A DNA stretch of 64,000 nucleotides from an uncultured Verrucomicrobiae bacterium (lineage in GTDB: Bacteria; Verrucomicrobiota; Verrucomicrobiia; Chthoniobacterales; Chthoniobacteraceae), in assembly GCA_963836755.1 (NCBI GenBank), contig CAWIKF010000002.1, positions 352,001 through 416,000 on the forward strand, given 5' to 3'. Position numbers and translations under genes: made by a program. Under the pieces are notes generated by a model, which was not told the DNA's origin, searched no databases, and saw only the letters and a program-made list of their open reading frames with translations. The stretch's first letter is position 1, and every line of letters starts with the position of its first letter. Positions 1 to 11,531 of this stretch are shown piece by piece.

Positions 1-1687
1 TTCCGTCCGGCGTGGCGGCGCCGACGCGCAACGTGTGTGTTTTTTTGTCGTCAGTGGTGAAGGTGGCGATGAGCGCCGGCTTGTCGAGGCCGTGCTCGGG
101 TTTCGTCGCGCCGATCCAGCGGACGGCGTGCAGATGCGGTGAGGGTATTGAGGAGCGACTGGAGGTTATTCGGGTTGACGCTCGCGTCGCCTTGCGCCGG
201 CTTCCATGTGTCTTTTTCCTTCACGAACGCGAGCGGCGGCTGCGAGTCGCGCGTGATCTCGAGCGCGTTCACGTCGTCGGGTTTCGCGTGGAAAATCGCG
301 AGGTCCTGCCATTGCAATGGATCGGTCGCGATGCTCGCGAGGATCGATTTGTTCACCGTGACGATGAACGGCTCGGTGTCGAGCTTCGCGTAAACGTTGT
401 CGCCCTCGACTTTGCCGAAAAGGATCGTGACGATGGAATCCTCGCCGGCCTTGCTCTCGGCGGTGTTTTCGGAGGCGTAGCTGGCGAAGTTTACCTTCAG
501 CTGCGGCTGATCGAGGCCGTAGCGCGGCAGGTCGGTGGCGACGCCGGAGACGAACGTGGCGACCTGCTCGTTCTGAAGCGCGTCGGCCATCGCGCGGACT
601 GCCTCCGCGTTTGCGGGTTTGTCGCCGCTCGATTTGATGGTCCAATTTTCCTCCTTGCGCGCGAGCGTGATCGCCGGCTGGCCGGCGGGCTCGATGTGAA
701 TGCGGTCGACGGTGTCGAGATTGAGCCGGACGAGATGGCGGTCGCGGAGGTCGTCAGGCTTCACGTCGAGGATTGCGCCGATGGTGTTTGGGACGAGGAA
801 AATCGAATCGCGCGAGGAGACTTTCGCGTAAACTTTGCCCTTCTCCTTCTCGCTGGTCTTGGAAATTTGCACGACCGTCGGCTTGTCGCTTCCCTCGGCA
901 GTAGAGCGTGACCGAGCCGCGCGGGTCGGCGATCGCGCCGGCCGCGGCAGTGGTGACGTCGCCGGAGACAAAGGAATCGACGCGCGTGTTCAGCATCTGC
1001 GCGATCAGGTCGGAAATCTTTCGCGTCATCGCCGCGAGCCTTGATCGGCGTTTCCAGTTCCCAATGCTCATGCTGACGCTGCAGCTCGATTTCGCCGGCG
1101 GCGGTCTTGATCTCGAGCTTTGTTGATCTGGCTGGCGTTCAACTCCGTGAGCCGCCGGTCGCGGAAGTCGTCGGCTTTTTTCGTCACCTGGTTTCTCAAC
1201 TCGTTGCCGACAACATAGACCGTGTTCGACGAGGCGAGGCGGATGTAAATTTTCCCATCGACCGCCGCGTCTTTGCCGAAAATGAATTTCCACCGGCTTG
1301 CCCGCGCCCTCGAGCTTGAGGCTGACGCTCGACTTCGCGACGCCGATGGCTTTCGTGTCGATTTTGCCGGCGACCTTCGCCGCCTTCGAGCGTCGTGTCT
1401 TTGTTTAAAGTTTCGACGCTCGTAAGCAAAGTGCTCACGGCGTTGTCATCAGCGCGATCTTTCACCGGCGCGGTCATCATCCATTTGCCATCGGTTTTTT
1501 GCAGGACGATTTTTTCCTCGTTGTTCGTCAGCGTGATGCCGGTGATTTTGTCGCGGTCGAGATTGACCACGTGCTTTTGCTGGTCGGCGGCTTCCTGCGT
1601 CGAGGGAAGTTTTGACTCGTAGAAATGGATGAAGGCGAAAACCCCGACGGCGAAGAGCAGGAGGACGATCGTGTTTCTCGTTTTCAT
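1..1687 (-). CDS. DUF4340-domain protein (Gld-type ABC operon accessory), split by frameshifts; runs off the window edge
   Basis: N-terminal TM segment MKTRNTIVLLLFAVGVFAFI from ATG 1687. Repeated DUF4340-like units (W.M..P...RAD...V..LL; DLRDRHLVRL; YGLDQPQLKV) lie across ORFs 1196..1720, 754..1293 and 51..971. Last gene of a GldA/F/G-like operon. Confidence 0.75.
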
Positions 1688-1698
1688 GCGGAGCGGTT

Positions 1699-3189
1699 TT
1701 AACGGCGGCGCTGCACCCATGCGCCGATGCCGATCAGCGCTACGATCGCCGGCATCGCGCCGATGGTTAGCAAGGCGATGTTGCGCACCTGCTCATCGGT
1801 GAGGTTGAGCGTGAAAAGTTGCGCCTGTTTCGGCGCGATGCCGATGAGTTCCTCGCGGGAAAGGAGCCAATTCAGCCCCGCGAGCGCGAAATCAACGTTC
1901 GCCTCGGTCAGCGCATCGTTCGTGACGAATGCGGAGTTGCCGACGACGATCAACCGCGAAGTATCCACTTGCACGCGCTGGTCGGGCAAGCCCACCTTTT
2001 TCGACCGAGACCGCGATGTCGAGCGGCGGCGCGCGGTCTTCCTTCGGGTCAAAGGAGACGCCGGTCTCGGTCATGTTTTGATATTTCGTCTCGCCCCAGA
2101 AGCCTTCCGCAGCCGTCACGAGTGGCTCGTCCTTCAAGCCATTTTTGTTCGCCACCGCCGGATCGAGCGAGAGCGATTGCGTCTGCGCCCATGAAAAGCG
2201 TCTGCACGCCTTTGAGCCGCTTCGTGACTTCGCTGTTCAAGCTGAAAACGCCAACGACTTCGCGCACGATGCCGGTCATCGGCCCGAGCGCGACGGTGCG
2301 CAAAATCCGATCATCCTGCGGCTGGATGCCGAGCTCGCCGAGGAACGCCGACAGCTTCGGCGTCAGCGAGGCCGGGTCGAGCGCGATGAACAGACGCCCT
2401 TTCTTATCCCAAAAATCGCGCAGCATCTTCGCCTCGCGATCTGTCAAATCGTAGCGCGGGCCGAGGATGAAAAGAACTTTCGCGTCGTCCGGCACCTTGT
2501 CGACATCCATCAGGTTCAGCGTGTCGAACTTGATGTTCTGCCGCTCCATGATAGGTCTTAAAAGTCGTCAGCTCGTCGCCCTTCAAGTCGGGCCCGCCGT
2601 TGCCGCCGAGCAGGTAAACTTTGCTCTGCTGGTTCTCGATCACCTCCAGCATCGCACTCGTCAGCGCCTGCTCGCCCTTGAAATCCTTCAGCGTCGGCGG
2701 CTGGCCATACATCTCGCCGCTGTTGTCGTAGTCGGCGAGATCCGCCGCGTTCACAAACTTCGTCCGGCCATCGTAATCGAGGATGACGACGTTCTCATTC
2801 GCGCCGAATTTATATTTCGCCTGCAGCTCGCGGGCGCGGGTGAAATTGCGATACGGATCGACCGTCTCGACATCGAGTTTGTTGTGCGCGGCGTATTGAT
2901 ATTCCTTCAGCAGATTCTGCAGGTCGCCGTAAACGTCCGAGACAGGATTGAAAAAGACGATGACCTTCATCGGCTTATCGAGGCTTTTGAGCAGCCGCTT
3001 CGTCTGGTCGGAGAGCGCGTATTTCTGGTTGCGCGAAAAGTCCCACCGCTTGTAATGCCGGAACGCGTAGTAATTGATCCCGCCGAGGATGAAGACGACG
3101 GCGATGATCTGGATCAGCACATTCAGCCCGATCTGGAAACGGTGAATGCGGGAAACTTTCGGCGACGGATCGGAATTTTTTTCAGCCAT
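1699..3189 (-). CDS. GldG-family ABC-type uncharacterized transport auxiliary protein, frameshifted
   Basis: RWDFSRNQKYALSDQTKRLL, LLKEY, FKGEQALTSAM, LFILGPRYDL, RLIVVGNSAF, ANVDFALAGLNWL and a C-terminal TM ending WVQRRR, across ORFs 2404..3189, 2049..2549, 1892..2155 and 1699..2052. Confidence 0.8.
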
Positions 3190-3195
3190 ACGAAG

Positions 3196-3951
3196 CTACA
3201 GTTTCCACTTGCGCGACTGGAAGACCTGATGTGTGAGCACGAGCATCAGGACCGTCATCGTGGTGTAAAAAACGATCGGGCGCGAATCGATGATCCCTTT
3301 TGAAAACTCGCCCATGTGCTCGATCGCCGAGTAATAGCCGACGATCTCGCGCAGCGCCGGAGTGATATTCAGCACGATAAACCCGAGCAGCCCGGCGAAA
3401 AGCAGTAGCGTGATCGCGCAGAACGAAATCACCGCCGCGATGATCTGGTTGCGCGTGACCACCGACGCGAAGCAGCCGATGGAAATGTAAAACATCCCCA
3501 TCAAAAGCAGCAGCAGAGCACTCCCCGCGTAAGCGCCCGCCGCGTGCGCCGCCTCGGAGCTCGTGACTCTTTGGAAGATGAAAAAGTAGAGCGCGCTGGG
3601 CAGCCAGAGGATGATGTAAAAAACCACGCAGCCGAGCCATTTCGAGAGCACCACCTGCCAGTCGCGGATGGGCGCTGTCATCAAAGTCTCGATGGTGCCC
3701 ATTTTGAATTCCTCGGAAAAAGTCCGCATCGTGATCAGCGGGAAAGTCAGCAGATAGCCAATCCAGAAGAGAACGGTATTGTAAAACGCCTCGACCACCG
3801 TCACTTCGGACGGCCCGCGATTGAGCAGCGAGACGCTGATGTAAAAGTTGAAGCCGGTGATGATGAGGAAAAAGAACATCACCACGTAAGCGATGGGCGA
3901 GTAGAAGAACGATTTCACCTCGCGGCCGAGAAGAGTGAGGAATTTGCTCAT
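3196..3951 (-). CDS. ABC-2 type permease (GldF-like)
   Basis: REVKSFFYSPIAYVV, PLITMRTFSEEFKMGTIETLMTAP, NQIIAAV; six TM segments. Confidence 0.9.
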   Translation of the reverse strand: MSKFLTLLGREVKSFFYSPIAYVVMFFFLIITGFNFYISVSLLNRGPSEVTVVEAFYNTVLFWIGYLLTFPLITMRTFSEEFKMGTIETLMTAPIRDWQVVLSKWLGCVVFYIILWLPSALYFFIFQRVTSSEAAHAAGAYAGSALLLLLMGMFYISIGCFASVVTRNQIIAAVISFCAITLLLFAGLLGFIVLNITPALREIVGYYSAIEHMGEFSKGIIDSRPIVFYTTMTVLMLVLTHQVFQSRKWKL

Positions 3952-4017
3952 TTTGTCGAAAAAGTCCTAGAAGCGGGTGCTGCGTGTCTGTTTTATGCAA
4001 GAAAGGCCCGAAACTAC

Positions 4018-4227
4018 GGCTCCAACGTCTAATCTTCCGTTTCCAATGTCCAATCTTTGCATCCCGAGATTCAATATTCCCGCTCCGATGTTCTCGCTTC
4101 TGGCGCCAAGGTTCCCGCTTCCGGCTCCGAGGTTCTCGGTTCCGACTGCGAGGTCCGCACCTCCGGTTCCGCGGTTACGGCTTCGGGTGCCAATGTTCGC
4201 TCTTGCGGTCGCTGGGTTGAAAGTTCG
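4018..4227. repeat. Degenerate 21-bp tandem repeat, about 10 units
   Basis: Units in register, e.g. ggctccaacgtctaatcttcc / cgctccgatgttctcgcttct / ggcgccaaggttcccgcttcc / ggctccgaggttctcggttcc / ggttccgcggttacggcttcg. Confidence 0.75.
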
Positions 4228-4257
4228 GGTGCGCATGTCAAAAATTGCCGCCGTGGG

Positions 4258-5190
<933 letters not shown>

Positions 5191-5344
5191 GGTGCTACGG
5201 GATTAAATGAAATACGCATGGCAAAGCAACGGGGAATTTTTTTGACCGACGCGCGCGCGATCCGTTCAAAATCCGCGCGCGGCGCGGCGCGGAACAATGG
5301 CTTGTCTTTTGCGCGATGAAGCAGGATGCTCCGCGCAGTTCTTT

Positions 5345-5505
5345 GTCTGCTTAATGGCTCGGCGAGTGCCGGGCCAGCGGGGGATCCGAATTTTCGCACC
5401 GGCTTTTTTTAAAACGAAGCGCGGGGCGGATCGGGGCGAACGGTGCAAGGCGCATCGCGAGCATTTCATGGCTCGAGCCCGACAGCTAACCTCGTCAGCG
5501 CCACA
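5345..5505 (+). promoter_or_regulatory. c-di-AMP (ydaO/yuaA) riboswitch
   Basis: Diagnostic blocks in the right order: GCTTAAT - hairpin - AGCGGGGGATCC ... GGGGCGAA ... GCCCGACAGCTAACCTCGTCAGCG. These match the B. subtilis ydaO element as recalled (CGCTTAAT...AGCGGGGGACCC...GGGGTGAAT...CCGTCAGCTAACCTCGTAAGCG). Lies 5' of an APC transporter. Confidence 0.88.
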
Positions 5506-5617
5506 TGATGGGCAAGGGACTGTCGATGCGCACATTCGCGCGACTGCCCTCTTCTCTTGCCAGAGAAAGCAAGATTCGTCCGCGCCGGAAGGCCGGGGCG
5601 AGGCAGTTTAAAACCAA

Positions 5618-7447
5618 ATGATCGCAACCGATTCGAAGCGGCCGCGTAATGTCGATTGGACGCGCGCGGCTGCCATTTTATATGGCGACTGGGGCACGAG
5701 CAAAGCCTACGTCGTAGGGCTGGCGTTTGCCGTCGCGGGCTATTCGTCGTTCTGGCTCATCGCCGCGATGTGCGTGCTCACCGCGCTGGTCGGGGTGAAT
5801 TACACGGTGATCTGCCGCTGCTATCCCGACGGCGGCGGCGTTTACGCGAGCGTGCGCCATCGCTCGGAGGTGGTGTCGATCGTCGGCGCGTTTCTGTTGA
5901 TCGCCGATTACATCGTCACGGCCGCAATTTCATCGCTCTCGGCTTTCCAATATCTCGGCGTGCCGCATCCGGAACTTTTCGCGGCGGTCGCGATTGCGGT
6001 GATCGGCGCGGGAAATTATTTCGGGCCGAAACTCACGGGCGGCCTCGCGTTTCTCATCTCGTTGCCGACGGCGCTGGTCGTGGTGGTGCTCGGGCTTTTC
6101 TGTCTGCCGCATCTCGGCACGGCGATTCACAATCTCCAGCCGCTGCACGGCGGATTTTTTACAAACTGGAATGGCTTCGTCGGAATCGTGCTCGCGCTCT
6201 CGGGCGTCGAGGCGATTGCAAATTCGACGGGCGTGATGAAGCTCGATCCGGGCAGCACCGATGCGCATCCGGTTGTTAAACGAACCGCTAACAAAGCGAT
6301 TTTTTGGGTCGCGATCGAGGTTTGCGGTTTCACCGCGCTGCTCGGCCTCGCGATGCACGCGCTCGCCGGCCTGCAAATCGTCAATGGCGACGTGAACGCG
6401 CCGGGCGCCGCGGGCGTGCGCGATTACATGCTGCGCTACATGGCGCAGGTTTTCGTCGGCGGCTCGCTCGGCACAGTCGCCGGTCACATCGCGGCGTGGA
6501 CGGTCAGCATCGTCTTCGGATTCCTGCTCCTTTCCGCGGTGAATACGGCGATCGTCGATTTGATCGCGATCTCGTTTCTCATGGCGCGCGACGGGGAGTT
6601 GCCGCCGGTTTTTCAAAAGTTAAACAAATTCGGCGTGCCGAATCTCAGCATTTTCGCCGCGACGATCGTGCCCGTTTTTCTCGTCGTGCTCGTCAAGGAC
6701 ATGGCCGGCCTCGCCGATCTTTACGCGGTCGGCGTCGTCGGCGCGATCGCGACAAATCTCGGCGCGAGCTCGACCGACAAGCATCTCGCGCTGAAAAAAT
6801 GGGAGCGCGGTTTGATGTTCGTGACGTTCGCGATCATGGCCGCGATCGAAGTTTCGCTCTTCGCCGACAAACCGAATGCGCGACTTTTTTCACTCTGCAT
6901 CCTCGCCGTCGGATTGATCGCGCGCGGCCTCGTCACCGAGCGCCGCATGAAGCGCGAGAAGACCGAGGCCGCCATCGCCGCGACGGAAAAAGCGCGCGAG
7001 ATCGCGCGGCGCACCGTGCAATTTGGCACGACGCACGTCGCGGCCGGCCAGCCGCTGCTCGCCGCCGTGCGCGGCATCGGGCGCACGCTCGACTTTGCGA
7101 TCGAAGAAGCGCGCGAAACCGATCGACCGCTCTATTTGCTCTTCGTGCGCGAGCAGCCGATTACCACTGCCGAGGACCGCAAACGCAAATGGATGGACGA
7201 TGAAGAGGCGTATGAAATTTTCGCCTACGCGGCCGAGAAGGCCGATGGACACACCGTTCTGCCGTGCTACGCCGTCAGCCAATCCGCCGCCGACACCATC
7301 GTGGACATCGCCGCGACGGTCGGCGCATCGCGGCTCATCGTCGGCGCGCCACAGCGGAGCGCGCTCGTGAATTTGCTGCGCGGAAACATGATGCGCCAGA
7401 TCGCGGACCTTTTGCCGGACGACATCCACATGCTCGTTTACGCGTAA
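5618..7447 (+). CDS. APC-superfamily permease with C-terminal USP-like domain; probable KimA/KUP-like K+ transporter
   Basis: TM1 LYGDWGTSKAY (cf. KUP YGDIGTSPLY), YPDGGGVY, LIADYIVT, LSGVEAIAN, about 12 TMs, soluble C-terminal alpha/beta domain. Preceded by a c-di-AMP riboswitch. Confidence 0.8.
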   Translation: MIATDSKRPRNVDWTRAAAILYGDWGTSKAYVVGLAFAVAGYSSFWLIAAMCVLTALVGVNYTVICRCYPDGGGVYASVRHRSEVVSIVGAFLLIADYIVTAAISSLSAFQYLGVPHPELFAAVAIAVIGAGNYFGPKLTGGLAFLISLPTALVVVVLGLFCLPHLGTAIHNLQPLHGGFFTNWNGFVGIVLALSGVEAIANSTGVMKLDPGSTDAHPVVKRTANKAIFWVAIEVCGFTALLGLAMHALAGLQIVNGDVNAPGAAGVRDYMLRYMAQVFVGGSLGTVAGHIAAWTVSIVFGFLLLSAVNTAIVDLIAISFLMARDGELPPVFQKLNKFGVPNLSIFAATIVPVFLVVLVKDMAGLADLYAVGVVGAIATNLGASSTDKHLALKKWERGLMFVTFAIMAAIEVSLFADKPNARLFSLCILAVGLIARGLVTERRMKREKTEAAIAATEKAREIARRTVQFGTTHVAAGQPLLAAVRGIGRTLDFAIEEARETDRPLYLLFVREQPITTAEDRKRKWMDDEEAYEIFAYAAEKADGHTVLPCYAVSQSAADTIVDIAATVGASRLIVGAPQRSALVNLLRGNMMRQIADLLPDDIHMLVYA

Positions 7448-7520
7448 AAGTTTTTTTGAAAAAAATCGGCGTTGCGATTTCATGCGCGCGCAAATCCGCA
7501 TAAACTGCGGCTTCGCGAAA

Positions 7521-9335
7521 ATGGAAATGCTCACCGCGCTCAAGCAAAACTTTGGCTTCGACTCCTTCCGGGCGCTCCAAGCCGACATTATCGCCGACGC
7601 GCTCGCGGGCCGCGACGTCTTCGCGTTGCTGCCGACCGGCGGCGGCAAATCGCTCTGCTTTCAGCTCCCAGCCTTGCTTCGCGAAGGATTGACCGTCGTC
7701 GTCTCGCCGCTGATCGCGCTGATGAAGGACCAGGTCGATGCGCTCCGTGCGAGTGGAGTCGCTGCTACTTTTTTAAATTCGACGCTCGGCGCGGATGAAG
7801 TGCGCGCGCGGCTTCGTGGCTTGCATGCCGGCGAATTTCGTCTGCTCTACGCCGCGCCGGAGCGACTCATGCTCGACGGCTATTTGGAAAATTTGACGCG
7901 CTGGAATGTGAACCAATTCGCGATCGACGAAGCGCATTGCATCAGCGAATGGGGCCACGATTTTCGTCCGGAATATCGGCAGCTCGCGAGTCTGCGCGCA
8001 CATTTTCCCGGCGTCCCGATCATGGCGCTGACCGCGACGGCGACCGAGCGCGTGCGCGAAGACATTGTCAAACATTTGACGCTCCGCGATCCGCGCGTTT
8101 ACGTCGCGAGTTTCAATCGCCCAAACCTCACCTATCGCGTCGTGCCGAAAGCGCATCCGGGCGATCAAGTGCTCGAGTTTATCCGCGCGCGGCCGCGCGA
8201 AAGCGGCATCGTTTATTGCGCGAGCCGTAAAACCGCAGAGGCTGTTGCGGAAAAGTTATCCGCGGCGAAAATCCCCGCAAAGCCTTACCACGCGGGCCTC
8301 GACGCGGAAACGCGCGCGCAAAACCAGGAGGAGTTTTTGCGCGATGAAGTGCGTGTGATCGCGGCGACAATCGCGTTCGGCATGGGCATCAACAAGCCAA
8401 ACGTCCGCTTCGTTATCCACCACGATCTGCCGAAAAACGTTGAGGGCTACTATCAGGAAACCGGTCGCGCCGGCCGCGACGGACTGCCATCGGAATGCTT
8501 GCTGTTGTTTAACGCAGCGGACATCGTGAAGCAGACGCAATTCATCGAGGAAAAAAATGCTGAGGAGCAAAAAGTAGCGCGCGCGCAGCTCCAGCAAATC
8601 GTCCATTACGCGGAGTGCGGCAGTTGTCGTCGCGCGGCGCTGCTTCATTATTTTGGCGAAGAATGGCCGGACGGCGCTTGCGACGGCTGCGACAACTGTT
8701 TGACGCCGCGCGATACTTTTGACGGCACGCTCGCGGCGCAGAAATTTCTTTCGTGCGTCTATCGCGTCCGCGAACGCAGCGGCTTCAACTTTGGTCTCAA
8801 CCACATCATCGAAGTGCTCACCGGCGCCGACACTGACGCGGTGCGCAAGCGCGGACACGATCAACTTTCCACCTACGGAATCGGCTCGGAAATGAAGCGC
8901 GGCGAATGGCAGGCGATCGGCCGGGAACTGGCTCGGCTAGGGCTTCTCGAGCAATCGACGGAAAAATTTGCGACGGTCGAAATCACCGCCGCGGGACTCG
9001 CTTTTTTAAAAAATAAAAAGCCGCTCACGCTCACGAAACCGAATGCGGTCGTGGACAAAAAGTCGCGCGCGCGCCGCGGAGAAATTGCGTGCGACGAGGC
9101 GCTTTTCGAACGCCTGCGCGTGCTGCGGCGCAAGCTTGCCGACGAGCGCGAAGTGCCGGCCTACATCATTTTCAGCGATGTCTCGCTGCGAGAAATGGCG
9201 CGCGATTTTCCGCAGTCGGCATCGGCCCTCGCAAAAATCAGCGGCGTCGGCGCGCAAAAGCTCAAGGACTTTGGCGCCGCTTTTCTGGCCGAGATCGAAA
9301 GTCACTTGAAAAATTTTCCTTCCGCCGGCGCGTGA
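7521..9335 (+). CDS. recQ: ATP-dependent DNA helicase RecQ
   Basis: FGFDSFR, PTGGGKSLCFQLP, DEAHCISEWGHDFRPEY, ALTATAT, QETGRAGRDG, Zn-binding CRR...CDGCDNC, RQC and HRDC domains. Confidence 0.97.
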   Translation: MEMLTALKQNFGFDSFRALQADIIADALAGRDVFALLPTGGGKSLCFQLPALLREGLTVVVSPLIALMKDQVDALRASGVAATFLNSTLGADEVRARLRGLHAGEFRLLYAAPERLMLDGYLENLTRWNVNQFAIDEAHCISEWGHDFRPEYRQLASLRAHFPGVPIMALTATATERVREDIVKHLTLRDPRVYVASFNRPNLTYRVVPKAHPGDQVLEFIRARPRESGIVYCASRKTAEAVAEKLSAAKIPAKPYHAGLDAETRAQNQEEFLRDEVRVIAATIAFGMGINKPNVRFVIHHDLPKNVEGYYQETGRAGRDGLPSECLLLFNAADIVKQTQFIEEKNAEEQKVARAQLQQIVHYAECGSCRRAALLHYFGEEWPDGACDGCDNCLTPRDTFDGTLAAQKFLSCVYRVRERSGFNFGLNHIIEVLTGADTDAVRKRGHDQLSTYGIGSEMKRGEWQAIGRELARLGLLEQSTEKFATVEITAAGLAFLKNKKPLTLTKPNAVVDKKSRARRGEIACDEALFERLRVLRRKLADEREVPAYIIFSDVSLREMARDFPQSASALAKISGVGAQKLKDFGAAFLAEIESHLKNFPSAGA

Positions 9336-9426
9336 TGCCGCACGGCCGGCCGCTTGGAACGGCGAGAATGGAAATTGTCTCCGGCTGGTTCATGCCGATA
9401 CTTCGCGCGACAGTTTTTGCGCTCTA

Positions 9427-10314
9427 ATGTTTCCCGCTTTTCTCACCACGATTTGCTTTGCGTTCTCGATCATTTTCGCGGCGCGGTCCGCGCGATTGCT
9501 CGGCAGCAGCGCAGCGAATCTCGGGCGCATGCTCATCGCGCTGGCGCTGCTCGCGATCTGGGCGCACAGCTTCGGGCAGGGGCTCGCCGCGAAATCGTCG
9601 TGGTGGTTTTACATCAGCGGCGCGCTCGGCTACGGCATGGGCGATATCGCGATGTTTCTCGCGCTCACGCGAATCGGGCCGCGGCTCACGGTGATGCTCG
9701 TGCAATGTCTCGCCGCGCCGATCGGGGCGCTGGGCGAATGGCTCTGGCTCGGCACGGAAATTCGCGGGGTGCAGTTGGCGTGCGGCGCGGTGATCCTGCT
9801 CGGGGTCGCGCTGGCGCTCGCGCCGAAACGCGACATCGATGTGCATCGTCCGACTTTTTTTACCGGCATTGCATTCGGCCTGATAGCGGCGATTGGCCAG
9901 GCATCTGGCGCGGTGACGAGCCGCAAAGCTTTCTTCGTCGCGCTCGCGGCGGGGTGGCGCATTGATGCAGGCACGGCGGCTTACCAGCGGATGCTTGGCG
10001 GCATTTTGCTGACCGCGGTTTTCTTTATTTTCGCGCTCTGGCTGCGCGGTTCACGATTGCCTTCGCGTGAAAAGTTCGCGCGCGCGCTGCCGTGGACTTT
10101 CGGGAACGCGCTCATCGGTCCCACTCTCGGCGTCGCTTGTTATCAATGGGCGCTTTTCAGCAGGCCGAGTGCGATCGTTTTGCCAATCGTCGCAACGACG
10201 CCGGTGGTCGCGATTCCGCTCGCATGGCTGATTGACGGCGATCGGCCGAGCTTGCGTTCGATCATCGGCGGGCTGATCGCGGTGGCTGGCACCGTGGCGC
10301 TTTCGCGCTGTTAA
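9427..10314 (+). CDS. DMT/EamA family transporter
   Basis: About 10 TM helices in two EamA-like halves (SGALGYGMGD..F.AL..IGPR; WLWLGTE). Confidence 0.85.
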   Translation: MFPAFLTTICFAFSIIFAARSARLLGSSAANLGRMLIALALLAIWAHSFGQGLAAKSSWWFYISGALGYGMGDIAMFLALTRIGPRLTVMLVQCLAAPIGALGEWLWLGTEIRGVQLACGAVILLGVALALAPKRDIDVHRPTFFTGIAFGLIAAIGQASGAVTSRKAFFVALAAGWRIDAGTAAYQRMLGGILLTAVFFIFALWLRGSRLPSREKFARALPWTFGNALIGPTLGVACYQWALFSRPSAIVLPIVATTPVVAIPLAWLIDGDRPSLRSIIGGLIAVAGTVALSRC

Positions 10315-10910
10315 TACTTCACGCTGCAGCCGTAGGGCCGACTAGTGGGAGTGGTCACCGGTTTGCCGGCGATTGACTCGTCGAGCGCGGCTTTCACGTA
10401 ATTTGTCGCGGTGGCAATGTCGGCCTTGTCGGGCGTCGGTTTGTCGTCGATGCCGCCGTCGTAAATCAATTTCCCATCGGGATTGATGACATACATGTCG
10501 GGCGTCGTCTTCGCGTCATACTCGTGGCCGACCTTGCCGGTCGGGTCGAGGAGATACGCGGTCGGCTCGGCATGTTTCTGCGAGAGCATTTCCTTCATTT
10601 TTTCCGGCGGATAATTGCCCTGACGTCCCGGCGCGGCGGAGTTGATTGTCAGCCATACCGCGCCCTTCCCGCGCGCTTCCTCCTGCGTTTTTTGCATGTT
10701 ACCGGAATCGTAATGCTTGTGCACGAACGGGCAGTCGGGATTGTTCCACTCGAGCACCACGTATTTGCCTTTGTAGTCGGACAGCGAATGCGGCTTACCG
10801 CTGAGATCGTTGAGGGTGAAATCCGGCGCGGGTTTGCCGATTTCCGCCGCGGCGAAAAGCAATGACGAAGTTGCAGCCAACGCTGCGAGGGAGAATGCGA
10901 ATTTTTTCAT
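10311..10910 (-). CDS. Secreted thioredoxin-fold redoxin (AhpC/TSA-like)
   Basis: Signal peptide, APDFTL, SLSDYKGKYVVLEWNNPDCPFV, AKTTP, YDGGIDD, PYGCSVKY. Confidence 0.9.
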   Translation of the reverse strand: MKKFAFSLAALAATSSLLFAAAEIGKPAPDFTLNDLSGKPHSLSDYKGKYVVLEWNNPDCPFVHKHYDSGNMQKTQEEARGKGAVWLTINSAAPGRQGNYPPEKMKEMLSQKHAEPTAYLLDPTGKVGHEYDAKTTPDMYVINPDGKLIYDGGIDDKPTPDKADIATATNYVKAALDESIAGKPVTTPTSRPYGCSVKY

Positions 10911-10964
10911 AGGTCGTGTTTGGATTGAACCTCGCTCCAGGCGATTGGTTGTGTCAAATCGAAC

Positions 10965-11384
10965 TCAACCCGGGATCGTAACCATCCAGCCGATTCCAAA
11001 TCGATCGGCGACCATGCCAAAGCAGGGCGACCAGAATGTTTTCGCGAGCGGCATTCGCACCCTGCCCCCTTCCGCGAGCGCGGCAAAAGCATGGTTCGCC
11101 TCATCTTCCGTCGGCAGTGTGAGCGAAAGCGAAAAGCCCTCGAAGCCGGGCACGTCGCCGCAGCCATCCGACGCCATGAGCGTGTTTTCGCCGAGGCGAA
11201 AGGACGCGTGCATGATTTTGTTTTCAAGTCCTGGGGCGAGCATTCCTTCCGGTGGCGGCTCGGGCGCTTCGCTGTAGCGCATGAGCATGTCGATTTCCGC
11301 GCCGAGCGCGCGTTTGTAAAATTCCAGCGCTTCCTCGCAACGGCCGCCAAAGAAGAGATAAGGTTGAACCAGTCCGATTTTCAT
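10965..11384 (-). CDS. VOC/PhnB-like protein
   Basis: PYLFFGGRCEEALEFY, IMHA, LMASD, MPLAKTFWS..FGMVADRFGIGWMV. Confidence 0.9.
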   Translation of the reverse strand: MKIGLVQPYLFFGGRCEEALEFYKRALGAEIDMLMRYSEAPEPPPEGMLAPGLENKIMHASFRLGENTLMASDGCGDVPGFEGFSLSLTLPTEDEANHAFAALAEGGRVRMPLAKTFWSPCFGMVADRFGIGWMVTIPG

Positions 11385-11531
11385 AGCTTTCAAAGTTTCG
11401 TTTCCTGCCCGAACGTATGGCGCCCAACCAAACTCGCGGCAAGCTTTTTGGCACAGCTGCGCGACAAAATAGAACTCGCTAAAACGGAGGTGGCGACATA
11501 GAAAAAATCCGCTTCACACTTCCCCCGCTGG

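Noticed and set aside
700..2600. Programmed ribosomal frameshifting in DUF4340/GldG
   Set aside because: Multiple breaks per gene with no consistent slippery site; sequencing error is the simpler explanation.
4018..4227. CRISPR array
   Set aside because: Contiguous degenerate 21-mers with no unique spacers, and no cas genes in the window.
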